From Peptostreptococcaceae bacterium (GTDB lineage: Bacteria; Bacillota; Clostridia; Peptostreptococcales; Acidaminobacteraceae): a stretch of 64,000 bases of DNA. The stretch covers positions 16,274-80,273 of the forward strand of contig JAMOQG010000044.1 of NCBI GenBank assembly GCA_027064135.1. Direction: 5' to 3'. Under the pieces are notes generated by a model. The model saw only the letters and a list, made by a program, of their open reading frames with translations. It ran no database searches and had not been told where the DNA came from. The stretch's first letter is position 1. Each line of letters begins with the position of its first letter. A program made the translations under genes and the position numbers. Shown here piece after piece: positions 29,647-40,153 of the stretch.

Positions 29647-32600
29647 ATGAGTAGTTTTGATAAAATTGTTAATAATTTTTTTGATGAAAGTTTATTTGAT
29701 ATTGAATCTATTAAGTATAATAAATCAGAGAAATCATTAAAAATTATTATTGTGTTTAAAGCCATTATATTAAATGATAAATTTAATGAATTTAAAAAAC
29801 AAGTTAAAAAAGACTTGTTTTTTTTAGATGAGATTATTATAAATAAAAAATACGATATTCAAATTGATAATAATAAGGATTTTTTTGTTAGCAAAATAAA
29901 TCGGATTATTAGTTTTAGAGAAAAAATTTCAAGTCGTTTTCTTTCCGTTCTTACTAATGCGACTAAAATCTATGAAAATGATATTTTAACTTTTGAAGTA
30001 AATGATCATATTGTTTATAAAAGATTAGTTAGTGCTAAAATTGATGCTTACATCAAAGATATAATTAAAAATGAATTTAATATTGATTTAGATGTTAAAT
30101 TTCAGTATCAAGAAATTATGGAAGAAGTTGATTCTTTTAAAGAAAATAAAGCTGTAGCAGTAAATAAATTGCTATCTGAAATGAAATCTAAAAGAGAAAG
30201 TATTAAGAAAACTGTTATTAATAAATCGACTGATAATAATTCAAATAAATCTGGAGAAATTTATAAAGGGAAAATTAAAAGAGAATTTGTTAAATTAGAT
30301 TCAGTTAAAGAAGAAGGTGAAACTGTAGCTATAAGAGGAAAAGTATTTAATGTCGATTCAAGAGAATTAAGAGGCGGAAAAACTTTGATAATGCTTTCAG
30401 TAACTGATTTAACTTCTTCAATTGGCGTAAAAATATTTGCAAAACCCAATACGGCTCAAAGAATTTTATCGGAAGTAAAAAAGGGTTCATGGTATGGATT
30501 TGAGGGAAATGTTACTTATGATAAATTTGAAAAAGAGTTAGTAATATTTGTAAATAAAATAAATTATTCTCAAAATTTTGATGCTGCTATAAGAATGGAC
30601 GAAGAAAAAGTAAAGCGTGTTGAACTTCATATGCATACAAAAATGAGTGCTATGGATGGGATGAATGACGTAAAAGATTTAATTAAACGTGCAAAAAAAT
30701 GGGGACATAAAGGAATTGCGATCACAGATCATGGTGTTTTACAAGCGTTTCCTGACGCAATGCGAGCAAAAGGTGATGATTTCAAGATCATTTACGGAGT
30801 TGAAGGTTATTTATTTAATGATAATGCAACATTAGTAATTAATCCAAATGAAGGAGATTTAAATCAAGAATTTGTTATTTTTGATATTGAAACAACCGGA
30901 CTCAACAAGCAAAAAGATGATATTACTGAAATTGGTGCAGTAATGATAAGAAATAAACAAATTATTAAAAGGTATTCAAGTTTTGTTAAACCAATGAAGA
31001 AAATTCCGGAGAAAGTTATTGAGCTTACTGGAATAACAAATGAAATGGTTGAAAATGAAAGATTAATTAGTGAAGTGTTACCTGAGTTTTTAGAATTTGT
31101 TGGGAATAGACCTTTAGTTGCACATAATGCGATTTTTGATATTGCATTTATTGATAGAGAATCAAAGAAATTAGATTTAGAATTTAATCCTACAATACTT
31201 GATACAATGACTCTTAGTAAAATGTTACTTAAAAAAATTAAAAGGTTTAGATTAAAAACTGTAGCAAATCATTTAAAAGTAAAATTAGAAGGACATCATA
31301 GAGCAATTAACGATGCTGCAGCTACAGCATTAATTTTCATTAAATTGCTTGATAGACTTGAAAAAAAAGATACATATACTGTGAAAGGAATAAATGAACT
31401 TGCGCTTAGAGAAATGGATTACAAAACGCACAATACTTATCATGTAATAATACTTGTAAAAAATTATATAGGGCTTAAGAATCTTTATAAACTTGTTTCT
31501 GAATCTAATATTGAAACATTTTATAAACAACCTAGAATTTCAAAATCTTCATTAAAAAAATATCGTGAAGGTCTTATAATTGGAACTGCATGTGAAGCGG
31601 GGGAATTATATAGAGCTGTAATAAATAATAAATCTGAAAATGAAATAAAAGAAATTGCATCTTTTTATGATTATTTAGAAGTTCAACCAAATGGGAATAA
31701 TCAATTTTTAATTGAAAATAGTGTAGTTGAAAATGTTAGTGATTTAGAAGATATTAATAAAAGAATAATTAAATTAGGTGATGAATTAAATAAATTAGTA
31801 GTTGCAACTGGAGATGTGCATTTTCTTGATAAAGAGGATGCAGTTTACAGAAAGATTTTAATGGCTGGAAAAGGATTTAGAGATGCGGATAATCAACCGC
31901 CTCTATATTTAAAAACTACTCGAGAAATGCTTGATGATTTTAATTATCTTGATGATGAAAAAGCATATGAAATTGTTGTCGAAAATACAAATAAAATATT
32001 TGATGAAATAGATGATATTTTGCCAATACCTGATGGAACTTTTCCTCCTTCATTTGCAGCATCTGATGAAGAGTTAAGAGAAATGTGTTATAAAAAAGCA
32101 AGAACAATTTATGGTAACGATTTACCTGAAATAGTTGAAAAAAGATTAGAAGTAGAACTTTCTTCAATTATTGATAATGGCTATTCGGTAATGTATATAA
32201 TTGCACAAAAATTAGTAGATAAATCAATGGAAGATGGATATTTAGTTGGATCAAGAGGTTCTGTAGGATCTTCTTTTGCTGCGACGATGTCAAATATTAC
32301 AGAAGTTAATCCGCTTCCACCACATTATATATGTACAAAATGCAAAAAATCTGAATTTCTTTTAGATGGTTCTTTAGGCTCTGGTGTCGATCTTCCGGAT
32401 AAAGAGTGTCCTGATTGTCATATTCCATATAGAAAAGAAGGTCATGATATTCCGTTTGAAGTATTTTTAGGCTTTGGTGGAGGAAAAGAACCGGATATAG
32501 ATTTAAATTTTGCAGGAGTATATCAAGCTAAAGCACACAAATATACTGAAGTATTATTTGGTGAAGGAAAAACATTTAAAGCGGGTACAATTGGAACGAT

Positions 32601-33909
32601 TGCTGATAAAACTGCATATGGATATGTTGCTAAATATTTTGAAGAACGCGAAATTACTGTTAGAAGAAAAGAAATTGAAAGGCTTGCGATTGGGTGTACG
32701 GGTGTTAAAAGAACGAGTGGACAGCATCCAGGCGGTATTATGGTTGTTCCTAGAGATAAGGACATATATGATTTTTGTCCAATACAATATCCTGCGAATG
32801 ATACTGAATCAGATGTAATTACTACTCATTTTGATTATCATTCAATTAGTGGTAGACTTTTAAAACTTGATCTTCTAGGACATGATGTGCCAACAATGAT
32901 TAAAGAGCTTGAAGATTTAACTAATATTAAAATTGATGATGTAGCACTTGATGATAAAGAAACGATGAGTATTTTTACGAGCGTTGAAAGTTTAAAAATT
33001 AAAGATCCGTCTTATAAATTGAATATTGGAAGTTTAGGTATTCCGGAATTTGGAACAGCTTTTGTAAGGCAAATGCTAGAAGATACACAACCTAAAGCAT
33101 TTTCTGATTTAGTAAGAATTTCTGGTTTATCTCATGGTACTGATGTATGGGTTAATAATGCGCAAGATTTAGTAAGACAAGGTGTTGTTAAAATTAATGA
33201 GGTAATATCAACTAGGGATGATATTATGAACTATTTAATTTATAATGGATTACCTTCAAAAGAATCTTTTGTTATTATGGAAAGCGTAAGAAAAGGAAAG
33301 GGACTTAATGAAGAGCAATTAGAACTTATGAAAAAACATGATATTCCAAAATGGTATATTGAATCATGTCAAAAAATAAAGTATATGTTTCCAAAAGCTC
33401 ATGCAGTAGCATATGTTATGATGTCATTTAGGATTGCATATTTTAAAGTGCATTATCCGCTTGCTTTTTATGCAACTTTCTTTAGCGGAAAAGTAACTGA
33501 TTTTGACGCACATATCATATGTGGTAGTTCTGAAAAAGTGAAAAAGCAAATGTCAGAGTTAACTAGTGGAGAAAGAATGACTAAAAAAGAAAAGGATCAA
33601 TATGCAATTTATGAAATTGCGATTGAAATGTATGCAAGAGGTTTTGAATTTTTAAAAGTTGATTTATATAAATCGCATTATGAGAAATTCTTAATTGAAG
33701 ACGGTAAATTGCTTCCACCGTTAACTTCGCTTGAAGGTGTTGGTGGAAATGCTGCTTATAGTATTTATGAACAGAGAGAAAAAGGCGAATTTATTTCAGT
33801 AGAAGATTTAAAGGACAGGACAAAATTAACTTCAACTGGCATCGAAACATTGAGAGATCACGGGGCACTTGCAGGGCTTAGTGAAATGAATCAATTATCA
33901 ATGTTTTAG
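29647..33909 (+). CDS. polC: DNA polymerase III alpha subunit, PolC type
   Basis: 1420 aa. PHP domain (VELHMHT.MS.MDG), inserted 3'-5' exonuclease (FVIFDIETTGL, AHNA.FD..F), Zn-finger CPDC, polymerase core. Confidence 0.97.
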   Translation: MSSFDKIVNNFFDESLFDIESIKYNKSEKSLKIIIVFKAIILNDKFNEFKKQVKKDLFFLDEIIINKKYDIQIDNNKDFFVSKINRIISFREKISSRFLSVLTNATKIYENDILTFEVNDHIVYKRLVSAKIDAYIKDIIKNEFNIDLDVKFQYQEIMEEVDSFKENKAVAVNKLLSEMKSKRESIKKTVINKSTDNNSNKSGEIYKGKIKREFVKLDSVKEEGETVAIRGKVFNVDSRELRGGKTLIMLSVTDLTSSIGVKIFAKPNTAQRILSEVKKGSWYGFEGNVTYDKFEKELVIFVNKINYSQNFDAAIRMDEEKVKRVELHMHTKMSAMDGMNDVKDLIKRAKKWGHKGIAITDHGVLQAFPDAMRAKGDDFKIIYGVEGYLFNDNATLVINPNEGDLNQEFVIFDIETTGLNKQKDDITEIGAVMIRNKQIIKRYSSFVKPMKKIPEKVIELTGITNEMVENERLISEVLPEFLEFVGNRPLVAHNAIFDIAFIDRESKKLDLEFNPTILDTMTLSKMLLKKIKRFRLKTVANHLKVKLEGHHRAINDAAATALIFIKLLDRLEKKDTYTVKGINELALREMDYKTHNTYHVIILVKNYIGLKNLYKLVSESNIETFYKQPRISKSSLKKYREGLIIGTACEAGELYRAVINNKSENEIKEIASFYDYLEVQPNGNNQFLIENSVVENVSDLEDINKRIIKLGDELNKLVVATGDVHFLDKEDAVYRKILMAGKGFRDADNQPPLYLKTTREMLDDFNYLDDEKAYEIVVENTNKIFDEIDDILPIPDGTFPPSFAASDEELREMCYKKARTIYGNDLPEIVEKRLEVELSSIIDNGYSVMYIIAQKLVDKSMEDGYLVGSRGSVGSSFAATMSNITEVNPLPPHYICTKCKKSEFLLDGSLGSGVDLPDKECPDCHIPYRKEGHDIPFEVFLGFGGGKEPDIDLNFAGVYQAKAHKYTEVLFGEGKTFKAGTIGTIADKTAYGYVAKYFEEREITVRRKEIERLAIGCTGVKRTSGQHPGGIMVVPRDKDIYDFCPIQYPANDTESDVITTHFDYHSISGRLLKLDLLGHDVPTMIKELEDLTNIKIDDVALDDKETMSIFTSVESLKIKDPSYKLNIGSLGIPEFGTAFVRQMLEDTQPKAFSDLVRISGLSHGTDVWVNNAQDLVRQGVVKINEVISTRDDIMNYLIYNGLPSKESFVIMESVRKGKGLNEEQLELMKKHDIPKWYIESCQKIKYMFPKAHAVAYVMMSFRIAYFKVHYPLAFYATFFSGKVTDFDAHIICGSSEKVKKQMSELTSGERMTKKEKDQYAIYEIAIEMYARGFEFLKVDLYKSHYEKFLIEDGKLLPPLTSLEGVGGNAAYSIYEQREKGEFISVEDLKDRTKLTSTGIETLRDHGALAGLSEMNQLSMF

Positions 33910-33938
33910 TAAAAAATATAGATTTTATTGTAGAATTG

Positions 33939-33947
33939 TGATATAAT
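33939..33947 (+). promoter_or_regulatory. extended -10 promoter element TGATATAAT upstream of rimP-nusA-infB
   Basis: TGaTATAAT lies 30 nt after the polC stop. No good -35, as is common for extended -10 promoters. Confidence 0.45.
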
Positions 33948-33972
33948 ACAGTAAGTACGAATTTAAGTCATT

Positions 33973-33999
33973 AAAAAGTGGGGAATTTTCCCGCTTTTT
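33973..33999 (+). terminator. intrinsic terminator-like hairpin in the rimP-nusA leader (candidate attenuator)
   Basis: AAAAAGTGGG-GAATTTT-CCCGCTTTTT: 10-bp stem including one G.U and a weak A-U base. It sits between the promoter-like element and the rimP start at 34043. Confidence 0.5.
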
Positions 34000-34042
34000 G
34001 TTATTTTAATATATAGGAATAAAGTTAAAAAAGGTGGTTAAA

Positions 34043-34498
34043 ATGTCAAAGAAAATTGTTAATGAGGTAATAAAATTATCTGAAAAATATTTAAATGAAA
34101 ATAGTTTGGAACTTGTGAAAGTTACATTCACAAAAGAGGGTCCACATAGATATTTAAGAATATTATTAGATAAAGAAAATGGTGTTAATCTAGAGGATTG
34201 TCAAAGTTATAGTAGATATTTAAATAAAAATTTAAATGATAATATAATTAAGGACAAGTATTTTTTAGAAGTGAGTTCTCCTGGAATTGAAAGAGAATTA
34301 TATGATGAAAAAGATTTTGAAAGATTTACTGGTAGTGAAGTAGATGTTAAATTATATCAAACTATTGATGGAAGAAAAATTGTTACAGGTATTTTAAAGG
34401 GATTTAATGAATCAGTATTTAAAGTAGAAGTGTCTGATGAGTTGGTTGAACTACAAAGAAGCAAAGTATCTAAGATAAACTTGCATGTTAATTTTTAA
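34043..34498 (+). CDS. rimP: ribosome maturation factor RimP
   Basis: LEVSSPGIEREL motif. The ATG at 34043 has an AAGGTGG SD 5 nt upstream. The tracked GTG at 34034 lies inside that SD. Confidence 0.9.
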   Translation: MSKKIVNEVIKLSEKYLNENSLELVKVTFTKEGPHRYLRILLDKENGVNLEDCQSYSRYLNKNLNDNIIKDKYFLEVSSPGIERELYDEKDFERFTGSEVDVKLYQTIDGRKIVTGILKGFNESVFKVEVSDELVELQRSKVSKINLHVNF

Positions 34499-34515
34499 AG
34501 ATAAGGGAGGGAAAA

Positions 34516-35598
34516 ATGAGCTCGGAAATAACAAATATTCTTGATCAAATTGAAAGAGATAAAGGAATAAAAAAAGAATTGCTTATAGAAGCTATTATAG
34601 CAGCGCTTGAATCAGCATATAAAAAGAATTATAATATGACAAAAAACAGTGTAAGAGTGGAATTTGATATCGAATCTGGAGATGTAAAAGTATTTTCACT
34701 TTTAGAAATCGTTGAAGAACCTCTGGAAGTAAATGATATTACTTTAGAAGAAGCTAAAGAGTATCCAGGAAGCCATGAAATTGGAGATATTATTGAAAAA
34801 GAGGTTACTCCTAAAGACTTTGGAAGGATTGCAGCACAAAATGCAAGACAAGTTATTATTCAAAGAATAAAAGAAGAAGAAAGAGATGTACTTTTTAAAA
34901 AATTCGCAAGTAGAGAATCCGAATTAGTTACGGGTGAAATTCAAAGAGAATCGAATGGTGTTTATTTTATTACTCTTGATGGACTTGAAGGAGTTTTATT
35001 ACCAAATGAGCAAATTGTTAATGAAGAATATTATAGAGGTAAAAGAATAAAATGTGTTATTAAAAGTGTTTCTCAGACGACTAAAGGACCACAAATTATT
35101 CTTTCAAGAACAGAATCCGATTTAGTTAAAAGATTGTTTGAATTAGAGGTTCCAGAAATATACGATGGTGTAGTTGAAATTAGAAGTTTAGCAAGAGAAG
35201 CAGGCGCAAGAACAAAAATGGCAGTATTTACTTTAGATGAAAATGTTGATTCTCTTGGAGCATGTGTAGGGAAAAATGGTGTAAGGGTAAATGCAGTTGT
35301 TGAAGAACTTGGTGGAGAAAAAATAGATATTATTAAATGGCACAAAGAACCAGAAAAATATATTGCAAATGCATTAAGCCCAGCTGACGTAGTTAGAGTT
35401 GATATTATTAATGAAAAAAATAAAATTGCAAGAGTTGTTGTTCCAAATGACCAACTTTCTTTAGCAATTGGAAAAGCAGGTCAAAATGCAAGATTATCAG
35501 CAAAATTGACTGGATGGAAAATTGATATTAAATCAGTGGATCAAGCAAGTAAAATGAATGTAAAAGTTGAAGAAAGTGATGAGAATGAAGTAGAATAA
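34516..35598 (+). CDS. nusA: transcription termination/antitermination factor NusA
   Basis: 360 aa. NTD, S1 (G..V.G.I.R), KH1/KH2 (GACVG..G.RV..V..EL.GEKIDII.W, AIGK.GQNARLA..LTGWKIDI). Confidence 0.95.
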   Translation: MSSEITNILDQIERDKGIKKELLIEAIIAALESAYKKNYNMTKNSVRVEFDIESGDVKVFSLLEIVEEPLEVNDITLEEAKEYPGSHEIGDIIEKEVTPKDFGRIAAQNARQVIIQRIKEEERDVLFKKFASRESELVTGEIQRESNGVYFITLDGLEGVLLPNEQIVNEEYYRGKRIKCVIKSVSQTTKGPQIILSRTESDLVKRLFELEVPEIYDGVVEIRSLAREAGARTKMAVFTLDENVDSLGACVGKNGVRVNAVVEELGGEKIDIIKWHKEPEKYIANALSPADVVRVDIINEKNKIARVVVPNDQLSLAIGKAGQNARLSAKLTGWKIDIKSVDQASKMNVKVEESDENEVE

Positions 35599-35617
35599 TA
35601 TAAATTGGAGGTATAAT

Positions 35618-37600
35618 ATGTCGAAAATAAGAGTATATCAATTGGCAAAAGAATTGGAAATGGAAAGTCATGATGTAGTTGAGATGTTAATAGATTTAGG
35701 TATAGAAGCTACGAGTCATATGAGTTCTATAACTGAGCAAGAAGCTGAAATGATTTTAGAACTTCAAAAAGAGACAAATGAAGAAAAGGTGGAAGATAAA
35801 ATAGAAGATAAAATAGAAGATAAAATTGAAGAAGTAGTTGACGAAAATGCAATTGAAGTAAAAAAAGCAATGACTGTTGGAGAGTTTGCAGGTTTAATTC
35901 AAAAACAACCAACGACTTTGATTATTGATTTAATGAATTTCAATATAATGGCTACAATTAACCAAAATATTGATTTTGATTCAATGAAGTTATTAGCAGA
36001 TAAATATAAAGTGAAAATAAAACTTGAAAAAGTTGAAAATGATGCATTATATGGTGATGAAAATTATGAAGATAGTGCGAACGATTTAGAATTTAGACCG
36101 CCAATTGTAACGGTTATGGGTCACGTTGATCATGGTAAAACTACGTTGCTTGATGCAATGAGAAGTACTTCAATTACTGAAGGAGAAGCTGGTGGAATAA
36201 CACAACATATTGGTGCATCAGAAGTAAACTTTAAGGGTAAAAAAATAGTGTTTTTGGATACACCTGGACATGAATCGTTTACTTCATTAAGAGCTAGAGG
36301 AGCGCAAGTTACTGATATTGCTGTTTTAGTTGTTGCTGCAGATGATAGTGTTATGCCACAAACAATTGAAGCAATTGATCATGCTAAAGCAGCTGGAGTT
36401 CCTATTGTTGTTGCAATTAATAAAATGGATGTACCAGGTGCTAATGCAGATAAAGTAATACAAGAATTATCAGAGCATGGAATTTTAGTTGAGGATTGGG
36501 GTGGCGATGTAATAGCAGTTAAAGTTTCAGCTAAAAAAGGTGAAGGAATTGATGAACTTTTAGAAATGTTATTATTAGTAGCAGAAATGGAAGATCTAAA
36601 AGGAAATCCAAATAGAATGGGAATTGGTACAGTTATTGAAGCAGAGCTTGAAAGTGGACGTGGACCAATTGCAACTGTTATTGTTAATAACGGAACTATG
36701 AGAGTTGGAGATGCAATTACTGTTGGTAGAACATCTGGTAGAATTAGAGCTATGTATAATTATAAAGGAAAAAAAATTAAAAAAGCTTTACCTTCTACAC
36801 CAATTGAAATTGCAGGGTTATCTGAAGTTCCTCAAGCTGGAGAAAAAATTTATGTAACTAAAAATGATAAACGAGCACGTGAACTTGCTGAATATAGAAA
36901 GCTTGAAATGAGAAAAGAAAAAATGAGAGCAAGCAAACATGTCTCTTTAGAAGATTTATTTAGTCAAATTAAAGAAGGCGAATTAAAGAAACTTAATATT
37001 ATTATTAAAGCTGATGCTCATGGTTCGATTGAAGCGTTAAAAGGATCTTTAAATAAAATATCAAATGCAGAAGTAAAAATCAATATTATACATTCAAATA
37101 TTGGAACGATTTCTGAAGCTGATGTATCACTTGCTGCTGCATCAAATGCAATAATAATTGGATTTAATGTTAGACCACTTACGAATGTTGTTAATATTGC
37201 AAAACAGGAAAATGTTGATATTAGAACATATAGAATTATTTATGATGCAATAAATGATGTAACTGCGGCAATGGTTGGAATGCTTGATCCTGAATTTGTA
37301 GAAGAGATATTAGGACAAGTTGAAGTAAGAGATGTATTTAAAGTTTCGAAAATTGGTACCATTGCTGGTTCTTATGTTACTAGTGGTAAAGTTACTAGAA
37401 ATAGTAAAGTAAGATTATTAAGAGATGGAATAGTGCAATATGACGGAGAAATTTCTTCTTTAAAAAGATTTAAAGATGATGCTAAAGAGGTTGTCTCAGG
37501 TTTTGAGTGTGGTATAACGCTTGAAAAATACGATAACATTAAAGTTGGAGATATTATCGAAGCATATATCATTAATGAAGTGAAAAGAGATAGGGTTTAA
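35618..37600 (+). CDS. infB: translation initiation factor IF-2
   Basis: 660 aa. G domain [30 protein letters not shown]. Confidence 0.97.
   Translation: MSKIRVYQLAKELEMESHDVVEMLIDLGIEATSHMSSITEQEAEMILELQKETNEEKVEDKIEDKIEDKIEEVVDENAIEVKKAMTVGEFAGLIQKQPTTLIIDLMNFNIMATINQNIDFDSMKLLADKYKVKIKLEKVENDALYGDENYEDSANDLEFRPPIVTVMGHVDHGKTTLLDAMRSTSITEGEAGGITQHIGASEVNFKGKKIVFLDTPGHESFTSLRARGAQVTDIAVLVVAADDSVMPQTIEAIDHAKAAGVPIVVAINKMDVPGANADKVIQELSEHGILVEDWGGDVIAVKVSAKKGEGIDELLEMLLLVAEMEDLKGNPNRMGIGTVIEAELESGRGPIATVIVNNGTMRVGDAITVGRTSGRIRAMYNYKGKKIKKALPSTPIEIAGLSEVPQAGEKIYVTKNDKRARELAEYRKLEMRKEKMRASKHVSLEDLFSQIKEGELKKLNIIIKADAHGSIEALKGSLNKISNAEVKINIIHSNIGTISEADVSLAAASNAIIIGFNVRPLTNVVNIAKQENVDIRTYRIIYDAINDVTAAMVGMLDPEFVEEILGQVEVRDVFKVSKIGTIAGSYVTSGKVTRNSKVRLLRDGIVQYDGEISSLKRFKDDAKEVVSGFECGITLEKYDNIKVGDIIEAYIINEVKRDRV
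35792..35827 (+). repeat. in-frame 12-bp tandem repeat x3 (GAAGATAAAATA) encoding (EDKI)3 in the IF-2 N-terminal linker
   Basis: Direct reading: two perfect units plus a third with one mismatch. Confidence 0.85.
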
Positions 37601-37602
37601 TT

Positions 37603-37968
37603 ATGAATGAAAGAAGATTACAGAAAATTTCTGTTGAAATTAAAAAAATTATTAGTGAGTTGATAATGAATGGTGAAATAAAAGATCATAGAATTTCAAC
37701 TTTCACTAGTATTACTGATGTTGAAACAACTGATGATTTAAGATATTGTTTTGTTTATGTAAGTAATATTGAAGATGATGTTGAAAAAGCTAAGAAAACA
37801 ATTAAAGGTTTAAAATCAGCAAAAGGCTTTATTAGAACTGCAATAAGTAAAAAGCTTAAGTTACAATTTACTCCTGAGCCTGTATTTAAACTAGATGATT
37901 CAATTAAAAATGGAATGAAAATTGAAGAAATTATAAAAGGACTTCATAAAGATGATAACGAAAATTAG
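37603..37968 (+). CDS. rbfA: ribosome-binding factor A
   Basis: 121 aa. R..K....I.K.IS.......KD.R......IT.VE...DL....VY pattern. Downstream of infB. Confidence 0.9.
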   Translation: MNERRLQKISVEIKKIISELIMNGEIKDHRISTFTSITDVETTDDLRYCFVYVSNIEDDVEKAKKTIKGLKSAKGFIRTAISKKLKLQFTPEPVFKLDDSIKNGMKIEEIIKGLHKDDNEN

Positions 37969-38887
37969 AAATGTTATTGAAAATAACAGTGAATTTATCA
38001 TTTTACCTCATAAAAGCCCGGATGGAGATACAATTGGTTCATCCGTGGCTCTTGAGAGGTTATTAAAAAATATGAATAAAAAGGGATATATTGTTTTAAA
38101 CGACGAAATCCCTTTAAATTTACATTTTTTGAATTGTAAAGTTTATACTTTGGAAGAGTTTGAAAAAATTAATTTAAATATTGAAACTGTAATTACTTTA
38201 GATTCTTCAGATATTTCTCGTTTTGAAAACAGAGTTAAACTTCTTGAAAATAAAACTGTTGTAAATATAGATCATCACATTACAAATATGAATTATGGTG
38301 ATATTAATTATGTTTTTGAAGCATCTTCAGTTGGTGAAATATTATTTAATATTTTTACTAATTTAAATTATGAAATTGATGAAAAGATTGCTGAAGGTTT
38401 ATATGTTGCTATTTCAACTGATACAGGAAGTTTTAAATATACAAATACAACTACTGATACTTTTTTTGCGGCTTCAAAATTAAGGGATAAAATAGATTTT
38501 GAGAAAGTTAATACTGAATTGTATCAAAACATTTCTTATGAAGATGTAATCCTTTCAAATACAGTTTTTGAAACGCTTAAAATTTATAATGAAAAAGTTG
38601 GAATTATTTATTTAACTAATGAAATGATTGATGAACTTAATCTTGAAGTTATTAATACTGATGGATTAGTTGAAAAAGTTAGAAACATTAATGAAGTTGA
38701 AGTTGCAATTTTTATTAAAGAAATAAATGAGAACTTATTTAAAGTAAGTTTAAGGTCAAAATATGATTTTGATGTAGCAAAATTAGCATTTAAATATTCT
38801 GGTGGTGGGCATAAGAAAGCTGCAGGATGTGCAATTGAAGGCAGTTTAGAAGAGATAATTGAACTGTTTGTAAATGAGATAAAATAA
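37952..38887 (+). CDS. nrnA: DHH/DHHA1 phosphoesterase (NrnA-like oligoribonuclease/pAp phosphatase)
   Basis: 311 aa. H..PDGD.IGS, NIDHH, ISTDTG.F.Y.NT and C-terminal GGGH..AAG motifs. Confidence 0.8.
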   Translation: MITKIRNVIENNSEFIILPHKSPDGDTIGSSVALERLLKNMNKKGYIVLNDEIPLNLHFLNCKVYTLEEFEKINLNIETVITLDSSDISRFENRVKLLENKTVVNIDHHITNMNYGDINYVFEASSVGEILFNIFTNLNYEIDEKIAEGLYVAISTDTGSFKYTNTTTDTFFAASKLRDKIDFEKVNTELYQNISYEDVILSNTVFETLKIYNEKVGIIYLTNEMIDELNLEVINTDGLVEKVRNINEVEVAIFIKEINENLFKVSLRSKYDFDVAKLAFKYSGGGHKKAAGCAIEGSLEEIIELFVNEIK

Positions 38888-38893
38888 GGTGAT

Positions 38894-39814
38894 ATGATGC
38901 AAATATACTATAATATAGAAAAACTTGATTCTGATACTGCAATAACTCTCGGCACTTTTGATGGGCTTCATATCGGTCATGTTAAAATAATTAAACAATT
39001 AGTGGAGGACGCAAAAAAAAGAAATTTAAAAAGTGTTGTTTATACTTTTGCAAATAATCCTTCAACTATTACAAAAAACAATGATAAACCTTCAACTATC
39101 TTGGAAATGAAATGCAAGAAAAGAATAATCGAAGAATTAGGCGTTGATATTTTAATGTTTTTAAATTTTGATGAAGAACAAAAAAATATATCGCCAGATT
39201 CATTTATTAAAAATATTTTAATTGAGAATCTTAAAATGAAGCATCTTGTTGTTGGCTATGATTTTCAGTTTGGGAAGAAAGCCCAAGGAAATACTGAACT
39301 TTTAATTCAAGAATCAAAAAAATATAATTATACTTATGATATTGTAGAACCAATAAAAAAAGATTTTGTTCGTGTGAGCTCAACATTAATAAGAAATCTT
39401 TTAAAAAATGGCAATATTGAAGATGCTAATTATTATTTGGGACGCAATTATTCTCTTGAAGGAATAGTAATTGATGGTGAAAAAATTGGAAGAAGAATTG
39501 GATTTCCAACTGCTAATTTAGAACTCGATAATAATTTTGCTATATTGAAGTCAGGAGTATATATTACAAGAACTATTATTGATGATAAAATTTATTATAG
39601 TCTTACGAACGTTGGATTTAATCCTACTTTAAAACAATCTGATTTTACTGTGGAAACTCATATTTTAGATTTTAATGAAAGTATTTATGGGAAAATTATA
39701 AGAGTAGATTTTTATAAAAGAATAAGAAATGAAATGAAATTTAATAGTATTAAAGATTTAAAAGAATCCATTGGATGGGATATATATACTACAAGAAAAT
39801 ATTTTAATATTTAA
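38894..39814 (+). CDS. ribF: bifunctional riboflavin kinase/FAD synthetase
   Basis: 306 aa. GTFDGLHIGH, SST.IR and the kinase part G.K.GR.IGFPTANL. Confidence 0.9.
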   Translation: MMQIYYNIEKLDSDTAITLGTFDGLHIGHVKIIKQLVEDAKKRNLKSVVYTFANNPSTITKNNDKPSTILEMKCKKRIIEELGVDILMFLNFDEEQKNISPDSFIKNILIENLKMKHLVVGYDFQFGKKAQGNTELLIQESKKYNYTYDIVEPIKKDFVRVSSTLIRNLLKNGNIEDANYYLGRNYSLEGIVIDGEKIGRRIGFPTANLELDNNFAILKSGVYITRTIIDDKIYYSLTNVGFNPTLKQSDFTVETHILDFNESIYGKIIRVDFYKRIRNEMKFNSIKDLKESIGWDIYTTRKYFNI

Positions 39815-39823
39815 TGAATTATT

Positions 39824-40153
39824 TTGAAAGGAAGAATTCTGAAAAAAACTGCAAAAGAAGAAATTGACAATATTCAAACTGAGTCAAAAAAAGCTGTTAA
39901 TTTCATGGATGAATCTTTGAATGTTGAAAAAATTAATGATATTTCTAAAGTGATGGATATTAAAAAAGATAAGATGATAGATGTTATTCAAAATATTTCA
40001 TCGCCTTCTGAAGAAACATCTGCTGGTACTGAAGAAGTTTCTGCATCGGCTGAGGAACAATTAGCGATAATAAGTGAATCGTCAAATCAAGCTAAAGAAC
40101 TTGAAAACTTAGCTTTAGAGCTAATGAATGAATTGAAACAATTTAGTATATAG
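39824..40153 (+). pseudogene. 3'-terminal remnant of a methyl-accepting chemotaxis protein gene
   Basis: The 109-aa ORF (TTG) matches only the last part of an MCP signalling domain (..IQ.ES.KAV..M.....V..I......ISSPSEETSAGTEEVSASAEEQLA). No TM, sensor, HAMP or hairpin-tip region. It starts 9 nt after ribF. Confidence 0.7.

Noticed and set aside
32510-32818. + strand 102-aa ORF in an alternative frame inside polC, plus two antisense ORFs at the same place.
   Set aside because: It is embedded in the conserved polymerase core of polC, has no SD and has a Lys/Leu-rich composition that fits an off-frame artefact.
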